Below are positions 10,366 through 20,860 of a stretch of 64,000 nucleotides of DNA, in pieces (position 1 is the stretch's first letter; every line of letters begins with the position of its first letter). The DNA is from Nitrospirales bacterium. Its GTDB lineage: Bacteria; Nitrospirota; Nitrospiria; Nitrospirales; UBA8639. Location of the stretch: contig OY820905.2 in NCBI GenBank assembly GCA_963555755.3, positions 704,001-768,000 on the forward strand. The letters run 5' to 3'. The notes beneath the pieces were generated by a model. The model worked only from the letters and a program-made list of their open reading frames with translations. It ran no database searches and had not been told where the DNA came from. Position numbers and translations under genes: made by a program.

Positions 10366-12114
10366 CTAATTGACCGCGACAGTTTGACTTTTAGTGGATC
10401 GGGATTTGGAAGATCGAGGATCGAAGAGTTTAATGAGATCAAGATCTTCTTCCTCTTCAATGGTGATGGGAGTCAAGGAAAGGTCAGTATACAGCTTCCG
10501 ATTCGGATCAGTTTTGACCCGACGTCGAATCTTGGCATACTGGAGAACGAGTTTTAAAAACCGCCCGTGATCGCGAATAACCTCCCACAGTCGTTTGGGA
10601 TAGAACACCAAGGGGTGTTCAATGGGAAAGGTCGGACGCCGTTGAGTTCGAACCTTCCGGCGCATATACCCATTTTCCAAAGGATGCAAATGGTTAATGA
10701 AAATACCACCGTAAAACCATAAAATCAGAAACATCATATTGCCAACGCTCATATGCCGCGCGGCGGCCCGGCGCATCAACGTTTCCACATGTTCCAACGT
10801 ATAATATTGTTTCCAGGCATTATCATAGGCCTGATTCCACTCGGCTGCCGTCATTTTTGGATGATCGGTGGTCACGTATTCTAAGGTATACTTGTTCATA
10901 TCCGTTTCCATCCGTACACCTTGGGCATAAAGCTTCTGATGATCTTCGGACCCAGGCAACGGAGTCAGACAGAAAAATTCCAACAAATCAACCGGCAATT
11001 CCTTTTTTATAATTTCAATATCCCGCGCGATCGACTCAGGCGTGTCCCCAGGAAATCCCAGAATATACCCTGCATAGGTCATACACCCCTGCTCTTTCCA
11101 GGCCTGAAGCATTTGGCGATATTCCCAAATTTTGTTCTGATGTTTTTTGGCCGCTTTAAGATTATCTGGATTGATATTTTCCAACCCGATAAAGACCCGT
11201 TTACATCCCGCGCGTGAGGCTTTTTCAATAAAATTCGGAAGGCGATGGCACAAGGCATCGACCTGAATGATAAACTTAATATTGAGACCTTCTCCTTCCC
11301 GGAGCTGTATCAACCGATCGAAGATCGCCTCCCAATTTTTATTGCGGGCAAAATCATCATCTGTGATAAAAAATCGATTGACCCCCTGGGCAAGATTCGC
11401 CCGAACAATACTTTCGACATCATCCGGCGTTCGCCACCGCGACTTTCGACCTTGGACATTGATGATGGTACAAAAACTACATTGGAAGGGGCACCCCCGT
11501 CCTGCATCCAAACTCCCCAACCCTTCAATGGTCTTCTCAAGGTATTCCTTGGGCAAGAAGGGAGCGACAGCACCAGCCAACTCAGGAAGGTCATCAAGAT
11601 AATTATAGAGCGGGTTCAGTTTTCCTTCCCACACATCACGTAACACCATATCAAACCGCCCCTCGGCTTCACCCGCATAGATCGCAATACCCATGTCCAT
11701 GGCTTTCTGAATATCAACTTGGATGTCAGGAAGCATCGAGAGACAGCCACTGACGTGAAAACCGCCAATGACAACTGGGATTCCAGCATCACGCAATGGC
11801 CGTGCGATGTCTACAGATCGCGGGAATTGGTTGGTCTGTACCCCAACGAGCCCAACCATCCCTGCGTCGGCTCGTTGAATATCACGAATGATCTTTTTAA
11901 TGGGAATGATGGTATTGGGTTCATCATACGCATCAATCACAATCTCGACATCATCCCCGAGTACTTTGCGATTCGCACAATCTAATGCGAGGCCATATAA
12001 TGTAGCCAACGTATTGGAAGGAATGATGGATCGAACCCATTGCACGACATATCCATCGTCATCATAACGAGAGGGTTTGATCAAAACGAGACGAAAGGTC
12101 TTAGAAGCACTCAT
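10366..12114 (-). CDS. B12-binding-type radical SAM protein, paralog 2
   Basis: Same motifs, colinear with paralog 1; 582 aa. Confidence 0.85.
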   Translation of the reverse strand: MSASKTFRLVLIKPSRYDDDGYVVQWVRSIIPSNTLATLYGLALDCANRKVLGDDVEIVIDAYDEPNTIIPIKKIIRDIQRADAGMVGLVGVQTNQFPRSVDIARPLRDAGIPVVIGGFHVSGCLSMLPDIQVDIQKAMDMGIAIYAGEAEGRFDMVLRDVWEGKLNPLYNYLDDLPELAGAVAPFLPKEYLEKTIEGLGSLDAGRGCPFQCSFCTIINVQGRKSRWRTPDDVESIVRANLAQGVNRFFITDDDFARNKNWEAIFDRLIQLREGEGLNIKFIIQVDALCHRLPNFIEKASRAGCKRVFIGLENINPDNLKAAKKHQNKIWEYRQMLQAWKEQGCMTYAGYILGFPGDTPESIARDIEIIKKELPVDLLEFFCLTPLPGSEDHQKLYAQGVRMETDMNKYTLEYVTTDHPKMTAAEWNQAYDNAWKQYYTLEHVETLMRRAAARHMSVGNMMFLILWFYGGIFINHLHPLENGYMRRKVRTQRRPTFPIEHPLVFYPKRLWEVIRDHGRFLKLVLQYAKIRRRVKTDPNRKLYTDLSLTPITIEEEEDLDLIKLFDPRSSKSRSTKSQTVAVN

Positions 12115-12320
12115 AAGGATTTATTCATGGGTAATGGGGTTAAGAATGGCACAATACTAAGGTACTTTGCACCCACCTTCTACAAGAGTCACAGACCTAC
12201 CAGCGTCTATCACACTTTTTCGTCGCTGTCAACGAAATCTAGTGCTTGTTAAGGTCACAGACTACAAGGTGTTGATGGCCACTGTTCAATACCTGTCATC
12301 CTGAAACTTGAATCAATTGA

Positions 12321-12462
12321 GGGCACCTCTAAAAACCCGGCATTTTTTGTGAGGGCAAGGAAGCCGCGCGCGGAAAACCGGAGTGTATGGGCGAATACAT
12401 GAGGATTTGAGCACGCGGCTGACGCCGCCATCACGGAAAAGGACGGTTTTTAGAGGTGCCCT
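12321..12462. mobile_element. Hairpin MITE family D (near-identical copy 18955-19096)
   Basis: GGGCACCTCTAAAAAC...GTTTTTAGAGGTGCCC with TGA flanks. Confidence 0.85.
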
Positions 12463-12586
12463 TGAGAGTTTTATTTCCCACGGCAGCCAAAGAGTCCCGA
12501 GATTACCAACTGCTGTTTTTGGTTCAACAGTCATGTAAAGAAAGAGAGATGTTTTTCCCCGCGAAAGAACCCATGCTTCTGTTCCA

Positions 12587-12615
12587 TTTACAGCATCACC
12601 ACCCTACGCTATGAT
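12587..12615 (+). promoter_or_regulatory. Candidate sigma70 promoter for lptF
   Basis: TTTACA-17 nt-TATGAT. Confidence 0.4.
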
Positions 12616-12730
12616 GGCCTCGACAAAAGTTGGATGTACCGCCTCTGATAACACCAAGAAACTCCTTTCAGAGGGAATCTCTACAAGGGCATGAATTGGA
12701 CCCCCAACTTTCCACTCCTCTCGTACGACC

Positions 12731-13813
12731 ATGAGAATCCTCGATCGCTATATTTATAGAGAACTCATGACCCCCTTCATCGTGAGCTTGGGGGCCCTGT
12801 GTTTCATTATGTTCACGAAGGAAATGTTGCGCCTTGTCGAGCTTTTGGTGTCAAAAGGCGCCGGGATTATGTCCGTTCTCACAATCCTGGCGCATCTGAT
12901 GCCGTCCTTTCTCGTCCTGACCTTGCCCATTGCCTGCTTGATCTCTTCTCTCACTACATTTAACCGGCTGTCCTACGACAATGAAATCATCGCCCTGCGG
13001 GCGGCCGGAGTCAGTTTGCTGCGCCTTGCCCGCCCTGTCCTTGTGTTTTCGTTTCTGGTTTTTCTGCTGACGATGTATCTTTCCCAGTGGGGACAACCGT
13101 GGTCGAATGTGTCCTTAAAACAACTGGCCATCAGCCTGATCCAAAATCAACTCACGTTGGCTCTTGACAAAGGTGTATTCAACGAACCAACCAAGGGATT
13201 GATGATTTTTGTCCCCGAACCTAAAGCTGGGAATAAAGCAAAAGGGATTTTTATCGCTGATCAACGGGATCCGTCCAAACCCCTCATCGTCACGGCGAAT
13301 ACCTTCAGCATGGTTCAGGACCTCAAACACAAACAGCTGGGCTTTCGATTGTTCGACGGCACTATTCATGCCATCCCCCGAGGCGTGACCCAACATCACC
13401 AAATAACTTTTGCGACCTACGATCTAAAAATGGACCTCCCCTCCATCTTTAATGTAACCAAACCCGGACGAAGGGAGTATGACTACCTCGTAGACAAACT
13501 CGACAAATCCGGGTGGAGGGATACCAACTCGCTCCGGCGGTTGATGGAATACTACAAGGATCTAGGGTTTCCCGTTGCGACACTCATTCTGGGAATGCTT
13601 GGACTTCCGGTGGGCATCATGTCCAAACGATCAGGTGGCATCGGAGCGTTTGCCGTGGGCATTCTGATTATGGTGGGATTTTTTCTGTTGAATGTCGTGG
13701 GAGAATTTTTCGTCACCACGCTCATTCTTCATCCGTTTGCCGGCGCGTGGTTCCCGAATGTCATTTTGCTACTCATCACCGTCATCCTTTTTTACCGAGC
13801 CAGTCAGCATTAG
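12731..13813 (+). CDS. lptF: LPS export ABC permease LptF
   Basis: MRILDRYI start, RLSYDNEIIALRAAGVS, TM layout of the LptF/G family. Confidence 0.88.
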   Translation: MRILDRYIYRELMTPFIVSLGALCFIMFTKEMLRLVELLVSKGAGIMSVLTILAHLMPSFLVLTLPIACLISSLTTFNRLSYDNEIIALRAAGVSLLRLARPVLVFSFLVFLLTMYLSQWGQPWSNVSLKQLAISLIQNQLTLALDKGVFNEPTKGLMIFVPEPKAGNKAKGIFIADQRDPSKPLIVTANTFSMVQDLKHKQLGFRLFDGTIHAIPRGVTQHHQITFATYDLKMDLPSIFNVTKPGRREYDYLVDKLDKSGWRDTNSLRRLMEYYKDLGFPVATLILGMLGLPVGIMSKRSGGIGAFAVGILIMVGFFLLNVVGEFFVTTLILHPFAGAWFPNVILLLITVILFYRASQH

Positions 13814-13814
13814 C

Positions 13815-14906
13815 ATGGGCATTCTCTTTTGGTACATCCTCCGGCAATACCTGAGCATTTTGGTCATGTGTTTCACGGGCCTCACCTCAATCTATCTCGT
13901 TATTGATTTCTTCGAAAAACTTCGGAAATTCATTCGCTATGATGCCGAACTCACCTCGATGCTGATGTATTTCTTCTTTAAAATCCCTGAGATTTCCTTT
14001 ACGATCGCCCCGTTTGCAGCATTGATGGCCTCCCTGTTGGTCATTGGCTTCTTGCATAAAAGTCATGAAATCACTGCCATGCGAAGCTCTGGGTTTAGCC
14101 TGCTCTATTTTTCCGCTCCGTTTTTGTTCGTGGCCTCGGTGGGCACGGTTATTTTTTTCGGTTTCACCGCGATCGTGATCCCCTTGGGCAACGCAAAAGC
14201 CGAGCAAATTAAAATCGTCGAGATTCAGAAGAAACCGCAGCCACTCGCCTTTACGGCAGAAAATCTTTGGCTTCGCATACGAGACAATACCATCATGAAC
14301 GTCAAAGCAGTTTCACCCGATGGCGCGCAACTCCAATCGATTCACCTCTATCGCCTGAATTCTGATTTTCAGCTTCATCAAATGCTCTCAGCGGAAACCG
14401 TTGATTACGAGGCCACTGGGTGGACGCTTAAACACGTGGTTCAACGAACCATAACCCCGAATGGACCGGTCACCGTTGCACAGCACGAACGCATGCCCTT
14501 AGAACTATCCTTGACCCCGGAAGATCTCAAAACCTGGATTTCGTTAGAACCGGAACATATGACCCTCGGTCAACTGAGAGACCATATCACACACCTGGAA
14601 ATGGAAGGGCATAACATTACACGGTTTCTGACCGATTATTGGGGTCGCATTGCCTTTTCATCCGTGACATTGATCATGACAATTCTTGGATTATCCCTAG
14701 GCCTTCGTAGACTTGACTCACGAACTTCAAGCATGGCCATAAATATTGGGCTAGGCCTCGGCATAGGCCTTGTGTTTTGGGCTACCCATTCTGTCGGGAT
14801 TTCCCTCGGACGAAGCGGCGCACTTCTCCCCATTATTGCCGGATGGATTGCCTGTATCATGTTTCTCTTAGTCAGTTTGAATTTTTTTCTCAAAGTACGG
14901 TATTAA
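13815..14906 (+). CDS. lptG: LPS export ABC permease LptG
   Basis: EITAMRSSG motif; ATG 13815 directly after the lptF stop. Confidence 0.85.
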   Translation: MGILFWYILRQYLSILVMCFTGLTSIYLVIDFFEKLRKFIRYDAELTSMLMYFFFKIPEISFTIAPFAALMASLLVIGFLHKSHEITAMRSSGFSLLYFSAPFLFVASVGTVIFFGFTAIVIPLGNAKAEQIKIVEIQKKPQPLAFTAENLWLRIRDNTIMNVKAVSPDGAQLQSIHLYRLNSDFQLHQMLSAETVDYEATGWTLKHVVQRTITPNGPVTVAQHERMPLELSLTPEDLKTWISLEPEHMTLGQLRDHITHLEMEGHNITRFLTDYWGRIAFSSVTLIMTILGLSLGLRRLDSRTSSMAINIGLGLGIGLVFWATHSVGISLGRSGALLPIIAGWIACIMFLLVSLNFFLKVRY

Positions 14907-14920
14907 CTACCCACTCATGA

Positions 14921-15075
14921 ACCTAGAAACGGCAGTTGGGCGCAAAACACACGTGTAAGGTATTGGTGTGCATGGTGAAATACAAAAAGTCGTGGTCACC
15001 TCGGTGGTGATGAGACATTTTTTTATTTTGCCAGATGCGCCAAGGACTTTTGTGATCCAACTGCGGTTTCTAGGT
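14921..15075. mobile_element. Hairpin MITE family E (copy 32947-33111; partial copies about 20393-20477 and 48018-48043)
   Basis: ACCTAGAAACGGCAGTTGG...CCAACTGCGGTTTCTAGGT. Confidence 0.85.
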
Positions 15076-15122
15076 TAAAATAACCCTCCCAGGTTGAGGT
15101 TATAGAAAGGCACAGCTCTCGC

Positions 15123-16382
15123 ATGGCACCACAGGTTGTCGTTACCGGTCTTGGCATCATCACTCCCATCGGCATTGGACTGAATCAATTTTGGAACGCA
15201 GCTATTGAAGGGCGATCTGGCATCTCCAAAATTCCCTCATTCGAAAACCTGCCGATCGATGCGTACCGGTCCCGCATCGCCGGCCAAATTCATGACTTTA
15301 ATCCGCTGGACTATATTGATGAAAAACATGCAAACCGCATTGATCGCTATGCCCAATTAGGACTCGTGGCGGCACAAGAAGCGCAGGAAGATGCAGGGCT
15401 TCACATGGAACGGGAGAATCCCGATCGAGTCGGCGTGATTGTTGGGGCGGGCATGGGGGGAATGCTGATGGGTGAGCGTGAAATCAATCACCTCTACAAC
15501 ACGAAAAAACCCAATCGCGTGCATCCAAACTTTATTCCCGCCATAACCTTGAACTCGGCGTCTGGGATTATCGCGATGGTCGTGGGAGCCCGAGGCCCCA
15601 ATCTCACCATTTCGACAGCCTGTTCATCGAGTATTCATGCCATCGGCCAAGCCATGAACACGATTCGAATGGGCAAAGCCGATGTGATGATTGCAGCCGG
15701 TGCCGATGCGAGCATCACGCCGTTGGTCTTCGCGGGATTTTGCTCTTTGCGAGCCTTGTCGAGCCGGTACAATGAACACCCCACCCAGGCCTCCCGACCC
15801 TTTGACCGCGGTCGAGACGGATTCGTTATGGGAGAGGGCGCCGGGGCCTTAATCCTGGAAACCCTACAACATGCCAAACGGCGTCGTGCACGCATTTACG
15901 CTGAGGTCGCTGGCTATGCCACCTCCAGTGAAGCGTATCATATGGTCATCCCCAAAGAAGACGGGGCTGAGATCGCCAAAACCATGCGACTGGCCCTGGA
16001 CGATGCGAAACTTCGACCAGCACAGGTTGACTATATCAATGCACATGCCACCTCGACCATGGTAGGTGACGAAGTCGAAGTTCGCGGCCTTCGTCATGTG
16101 TTCAAGAGCCGAGCCAACAAGTTATTGATTAATGCCACGAAATCGTTGATCGGCCATACCTTGGGTGCTGCCGGCGCCCTGGGTGCTATTACATCGATTA
16201 TGGCTTTGAAAACCGGCATCGTGCATCCCACACTGAATTTGGATGATCCTGATCCTGAATGCCACTTGCCTGGCATTTCAGGGGACACTCAGGAAGGTCG
16301 ATTAAAAGTCGCCATGGCCAATGCATTTGGATTTGGTAGCAATAATGGTGTATTGATCTTAAAACGTTTTGCATCTCGATAA
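15123..16382 (+). CDS. fabF: Beta-ketoacyl-ACP synthase II
   Basis: STACSSS, INAHATST, GHTLGAAG and FGFG motifs. Confidence 0.92.
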   Translation: MAPQVVVTGLGIITPIGIGLNQFWNAAIEGRSGISKIPSFENLPIDAYRSRIAGQIHDFNPLDYIDEKHANRIDRYAQLGLVAAQEAQEDAGLHMERENPDRVGVIVGAGMGGMLMGEREINHLYNTKKPNRVHPNFIPAITLNSASGIIAMVVGARGPNLTISTACSSSIHAIGQAMNTIRMGKADVMIAAGADASITPLVFAGFCSLRALSSRYNEHPTQASRPFDRGRDGFVMGEGAGALILETLQHAKRRRARIYAEVAGYATSSEAYHMVIPKEDGAEIAKTMRLALDDAKLRPAQVDYINAHATSTMVGDEVEVRGLRHVFKSRANKLLINATKSLIGHTLGAAGALGAITSIMALKTGIVHPTLNLDDPDPECHLPGISGDTQEGRLKVAMANAFGFGSNNGVLILKRFASR

Positions 16383-16455
16383 TGTCGTTATTGTGGAAAG
16401 AACCGAGAAGGCCGCTGGCTGGTTTGTTCAACAGGCCCAGGAAAGGAATAGTGGA

Positions 16456-16917
16456 ATGGCTCTAGAGTCCCCAGTTGGCAAACAAATTCGAGAAGTTCTG
16501 GCGACCTCGCTTCGACGAGATGCCTCAACGATCAAACCGGAACACCACCTTCGTGACGACCTTGGTTTGGATTCCTTAATGACCTTTGAATTGTTATATG
16601 ATTTGGAAAAAGCCTTCGATCTTGAAATTCCGAATGACGACCTCCCCGGACTTCAAACCTTGGATGATGTCGTGAAATATATCGAAGGGCGAGTGAATTC
16701 AGGTCCAAAGACCTCAGCACCAAAAACCAAAGAGAAAAAACCAGCCTCGACGAAACCAGCCAAACCCGCACAAGCCAAGAAAGCCACAGCCAAAACTCGA
16801 AAAGCCCCTGCACCGACCAAACCTCGAGCTGCCGCCACGGCAACCAAACAAGAAGCCACCACCGCCTCATCCAAAAAACGTACGACCACCTCAAAACGTA
16901 AAGTCATCAAGAAATGA
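16456..16917 (+). CDS. Acyl carrier protein with a Lys/Ala/Thr-rich C-terminal tail
   Basis: DLGLDSL phosphopantetheine site, then about 70 aa of low-complexity basic tail. Confidence 0.85.
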   Translation: MALESPVGKQIREVLATSLRRDASTIKPEHHLRDDLGLDSLMTFELLYDLEKAFDLEIPNDDLPGLQTLDDVVKYIEGRVNSGPKTSAPKTKEKKPASTKPAKPAQAKKATAKTRKAPAPTKPRAAATATKQEATTASSKKRTTTSKRKVIKK

Positions 16918-17990
16918 ACACACCTCCTTCCGATGGCATTTCGCTGAAACAACTTGCTGTCGCCATTACCGCTAAGCTTCAGGGCAAAGGTGACTCGCTC
17001 ATTACCGGAGTCAATAACCCCGAAGGGGCGGAGTCAGGTGACTTGACCTATCTGGGCGACGAACGGCATCTTGACACGGCACAACGTTCACGCGCCTCTG
17101 CCTTCATAGTATCGAAACATTACAAACAACTTCGTCAACCACAACTGATCGTCCCCAATCCCCAATACGCCTTTATTCAAGTCATCACCAAGTTTTTTCC
17201 ACAAGGACAACCAACGCGTGAAATTGCCAAGGACATCTGGAAAGGAAAACATGTAAAAATTGGCCGTGATGTTTCCATTGGCCCATTCGTCACTCTGGGT
17301 GATCGTGCCAAAATCGGGGATCGAGTCACGCTGTACCCTGGAGTCTTCATTGGGGAAGGCGTGAAAATTGGCCACGATTCCATTCTGTATCCACGGGTCA
17401 CGATTCTGGACCGATGTACAATCGGCGCCCACGTGATCATTCACTCGGGGACGGTCATTGGATGCGATGGATTCGGGTACCTCCAACACAAGGGACAACA
17501 TCATAAGATTCCCCAACGTGGGACAGTCGTCATTGAAAATGACGTTGAACTCGGCGCCAACGTCACCATTGATCGAGCCACGTTCGGATCCACGCGTATT
17601 CACCGAGGGTGCAAAATCGACAATCAGGTCCAAATCGCCCACAATGTGACAATAGATGAGCATTGCATTGTTGTGGCCCAAGTAGGAATCGCGGGAAGCA
17701 CCAAGGTGGGAAAACACGTGATCATCGGAGGACAAGCCGGACTCATTGATCACCTGACCATCGGTGATAAAGCGATGATTGCGGCAGGATCCGGCATTGA
17801 AAAAAGTGTGGAACCCGGGGCGATTATGTCGGGCTGGCCGGCCAAACGACACGAGGTGTCATTACGCACACACGTCTTAGTGCAACGACTTCCGGACCTG
17901 CATCAGCAAGTGGCCGCTCTTGAAAAACGGCTAGCGGTGTTAGAGGCTGCAAGCACCACGTCGAAGAACACACAACCAAAGAGACGATAG
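16914..17990 (+). CDS. lpxD: UDP-3-O-acyl-glucosamine N-acyltransferase
   Basis: Hexapeptide repeats, DGFGY, KIDNQVQIAHNV. Confidence 0.93.
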   Translation: MNTPPSDGISLKQLAVAITAKLQGKGDSLITGVNNPEGAESGDLTYLGDERHLDTAQRSRASAFIVSKHYKQLRQPQLIVPNPQYAFIQVITKFFPQGQPTREIAKDIWKGKHVKIGRDVSIGPFVTLGDRAKIGDRVTLYPGVFIGEGVKIGHDSILYPRVTILDRCTIGAHVIIHSGTVIGCDGFGYLQHKGQHHKIPQRGTVVIENDVELGANVTIDRATFGSTRIHRGCKIDNQVQIAHNVTIDEHCIVVAQVGIAGSTKVGKHVIIGGQAGLIDHLTIGDKAMIAAGSGIEKSVEPGAIMSGWPAKRHEVSLRTHVLVQRLPDLHQQVAALEKRLAVLEAASTTSKNTQPKRR

Positions 17991-17998
17991 CAACCCAT

Positions 17999-18541
17999 CT
18001 ATTTGATTCCAGTGGGCCCGGCTGGCGGAATGACCTTATGCCAGGTAAATAATTTCCCCCAAAAAAACCCTGCCCATGGAAGAAAAAACGCCGCCATATA
18101 ATCCAAGGACCCTGTACTAAAACTCCAGGCTGACAATCCAAGTAATGTCCCCATACCAAGGATAACAATCAGGGGCATCAAGCTTCGCCCCGGATGATCA
18201 AGTTCGACTTCAGCCTGTTGTTTTTTCCCGCGGGCCACACGTCGTACGGCAGAGGACTTCATCCGCGAAGCAAAAAACTCCGGATGTGTACGAAAGATAT
18301 ATCGGTGATATCGCGTCTGCCCCCAGCCAAATACAATACCAATAATCAGAAGCATGGAACTATTCGCAAACGTCCACTCATCATAGGTATCGATGATGAG
18401 TTGATAGACTAACGCCACGATACCAATCACCATGGTTAACAGACCCATCACCCCCGCAGGAAAGAGAATATACGTTCTGATGTAGATTGTGGCCTGATCG
18501 ACCTCGCTTTCTTTTTTCTTCGCGGTAATAACTTTTCCCAT
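17999..18541 (-). CDS. Hypothetical membrane protein (about 4 TM)
   Basis: Hydrophobic segments; GGAG RBS upstream. Confidence 0.7.
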   Translation of the reverse strand: MGKVITAKKKESEVDQATIYIRTYILFPAGVMGLLTMVIGIVALVYQLIIDTYDEWTFANSSMLLIIGIVFGWGQTRYHRYIFRTHPEFFASRMKSSAVRRVARGKKQQAEVELDHPGRSLMPLIVILGMGTLLGLSAWSFSTGSLDYMAAFFLPWAGFFWGKLFTWHKVIPPAGPTGIK

Positions 18542-18576
18542 ATTAATGACTTACTCCACTCGCTCAACGAACAATG

Positions 18577-18765
18577 TTAAGATTCCTGATCCTCCTGCGG
18601 GAGAGACGATGGGCTCTCTTCATCTTCTGAAACGGTATAATCTCCAGACGCCCACGCCCCTAAATCAATGACCTGGCACCGTTCGGAACAAAACGGACGA
18701 AAGGCATTCTCCTCCCACTGAACTTCACGCCGACACATAGGGCACTGCTGCATCATCGTTGGCAA
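18577..18765 (-). CDS. yacG: DNA gyrase inhibitor YacG
   Basis: CPMC...[17 protein letters not shown]. Confidence 0.9.
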   Translation of the reverse strand: MPTMMQQCPMCRREVQWEENAFRPFCSERCQVIDLGAWASGDYTVSEDEESPSSLPQEDQES

Positions 18766-18954
18766 TTATAGCAGGCCTGCTCTCAGCTTTGAACATGAAG
18801 ATTCTGGCAAATTCCACCTCCTCCTCACTCACACCCTCAGACTCATTCCAGAAAAACTTAGGAGGCAATATTTGAGAGTATAAAGATGAGGAAACCGGAA
18901 GGACGAACAAGCTGTCAACTTGCTATTGCGTACTGATCAGAGTAACGTATTTCA

Positions 18955-19096
18955 GGGCACCTCTAAAAACCAGGCATTTTTTGTGAGGGCAAGGAAGCCG
19001 CGCGCGGAAAACCGGAATGTATGGGCGAATACATGAGGATTTGAGCACGCGGCTGACGCCGCCATCACGGAAAAGGACGGTTTTTAGAGGTGCCCT
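18955..19096. mobile_element. Hairpin MITE family D
   Basis: Near-identical to 12321-12462; TCA flanks. Confidence 0.85.
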
Positions 19097-19152
19097 TCAG
19101 AGTATACGAGAATAAACCACTTATGAACCGAAGAAATAGGAAGGAGTCATAG

Positions 19153-19344
19153 TTGCCAATGAAAAATGTGCAACTCATTTTTAATATTCAAGTCCCCGAT
19201 CACATTTCCGAACAAGAAGTCAGTACGCGACTCCACCAAATTATTGGCTCAATCCTTGACCAGGAGTTTGGATTATCTGGAAATGTCGCAGATCCATTCT
19301 CCTCTTCCTTTGAAGATCACGACCACCAAATTGGCCACGCCTAA
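19153..19344 (+). CDS. Small hypothetical protein
   Basis: AAGGAG RBS upstream; 63 aa; no family recognised. Confidence 0.45.
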   Translation: MPMKNVQLIFNIQVPDHISEQEVSTRLHQIIGSILDQEFGLSGNVADPFSSSFEDHDHQIGHA

Positions 19345-19847
19345 TGTTAGGCGTCTAACATCTCCCACACGACATTTTGGAAGTCAATCACCTCTTCGTG
19401 TTCCTCTTAACAACTCGCTAAACGGGAGACGAATCCGGATCATGCAGAATTTAGAGTTCTGGCAGCACAATACGATCAGGTGCCAATAAATTTATGGCAC
19501 TCCTCGTGGGTTATGTCGGCTCTCCTTTTGAGCGAATGGCGTCGTCTGGTATTTTTAGGTCGCTGCAGCATCTCATGCTGCCTCTTCCTGGCGTCATAGC
19601 CCCTTGGTCCGTGGGAAGAGGGCACGATACGATCGTGCAACTACACAAGCAAGAACGCTCACAGGAAGCAACGCCATGGCCAAGAAACTCCATGTGGCCA
19701 GAATTGGATGGCGGTAGGATAGAACCATATATTCTGTATGATCCACGAATCCCCTCTTATCACCGCCTTCCGTTTCACGAAAGCCATCGGCCGTTTTCAT
19801 GTAACAAGCACTGATGGGCTACAGGTCATGAGGAATTTCACGGTAGA

Positions 19848-20180
19848 TTAGGCAGCACTTCTAGATTGTACGTTATCCGGAACGATGTATAGCATGCTGG
19901 GTAAATCCGCCCGCTGTATCTGGTCACGCACTGAGGGTTTCGGGTTTACCACAAAGGTTTCGCCTCCAAGTTTTTTGAGCCTATGGGCGACGAGAAAAAG
20001 AATTCCCAGTCCCGATCCATCAATCGATGAGACCTGTGTTAAATCAAATGTCACTTGGGTATATCCATGGATACGACCACGCCTCAACAATTTCAACAAT
20101 TTTTGGGCGGTTTGATGATTAAAGCAGCCATGCAGTCTGATAAAAAGAACCTGATTTTGAACCAGCAGGGAAAACTTCAT
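19848..20180 (-). CDS. STAS-domain anti-anti-sigma factor
   Basis: FDLTQVSSIDGSGLGIL motif; GGAGG upstream of ATG 20180. Confidence 0.8.
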   Translation of the reverse strand: MKFSLLVQNQVLFIRLHGCFNHQTAQKLLKLLRRGRIHGYTQVTFDLTQVSSIDGSGLGILFLVAHRLKKLGGETFVVNPKPSVRDQIQRADLPSMLYIVPDNVQSRSAA

Positions 20181-20578
20181 CAATAAAGCCTCCACGATGG
20201 TGAAAGGTGTGTACAAAAATCAACTCTTCCGAGCGCCAGATTTCATTAGGCACCCAAACTGACGTTTTGACAATTACCGAAATGACGTACATGTTATGAC
20301 CTATTTTTTTTAGCATTCGCCTTTGAATTCAGACCAACCTACTTAACTTTGGGCGTCTCGCCACCATACCAGCCCAGCTTCATCAATCTTCAACCTCAAA
20401 ACGGCAGTTGGCGCAAAACAGCCGCGCAGCCTCTTGGCGCACCCGGCACCATAAAAAACTGTCTCATCACCACCGACACCGAGTGATACTGATCACCCGG
20501 TAGAAAAGACCTAAACCAGCTCCATCCCCACCTTCAAGGAAACCCCGCCACAGAAGCGGAAACCAGTTGATTGATTAA

Positions 20579-20838
20579 TTAGTTAGGTCCGCCGACAATG
20601 TAGCACTGAGTCACATTAGGATGTGGGGGGGTGTGACTGCCGTTTCCAAGACGGATGGTCTCATAGGTCACTGTAATGCCGCGTTCGGCGAGGAGGTCTT
20701 CGACATCACGGAAGCTGAGGCAGAATCGATGGTAGGGCCAAACAGCATGTCTGATAATTTCGGAAGGAAAGCGATGGCGTTGGTAACTGAGTGTTTGAAT
20801 TTTCATCACGCCAGTCTGCCAAAAGCGAGTTAAGTTGA
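20579..20838 (-). mobile_element. IS6-family remnant
   Basis: YQRHRFPSEII...LSFRDVEDLLAERGITVTYETIR, then truncated. End-like TCAACTTAA. Confidence 0.85.
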
Positions 20839-20860
20839 TTTGTGATTTTTTCTAGCGTTG

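Noticed and set aside
19494..19814. Overlapping short ORFs
   Set aside because: No motif or clear RBS to choose a real frame.
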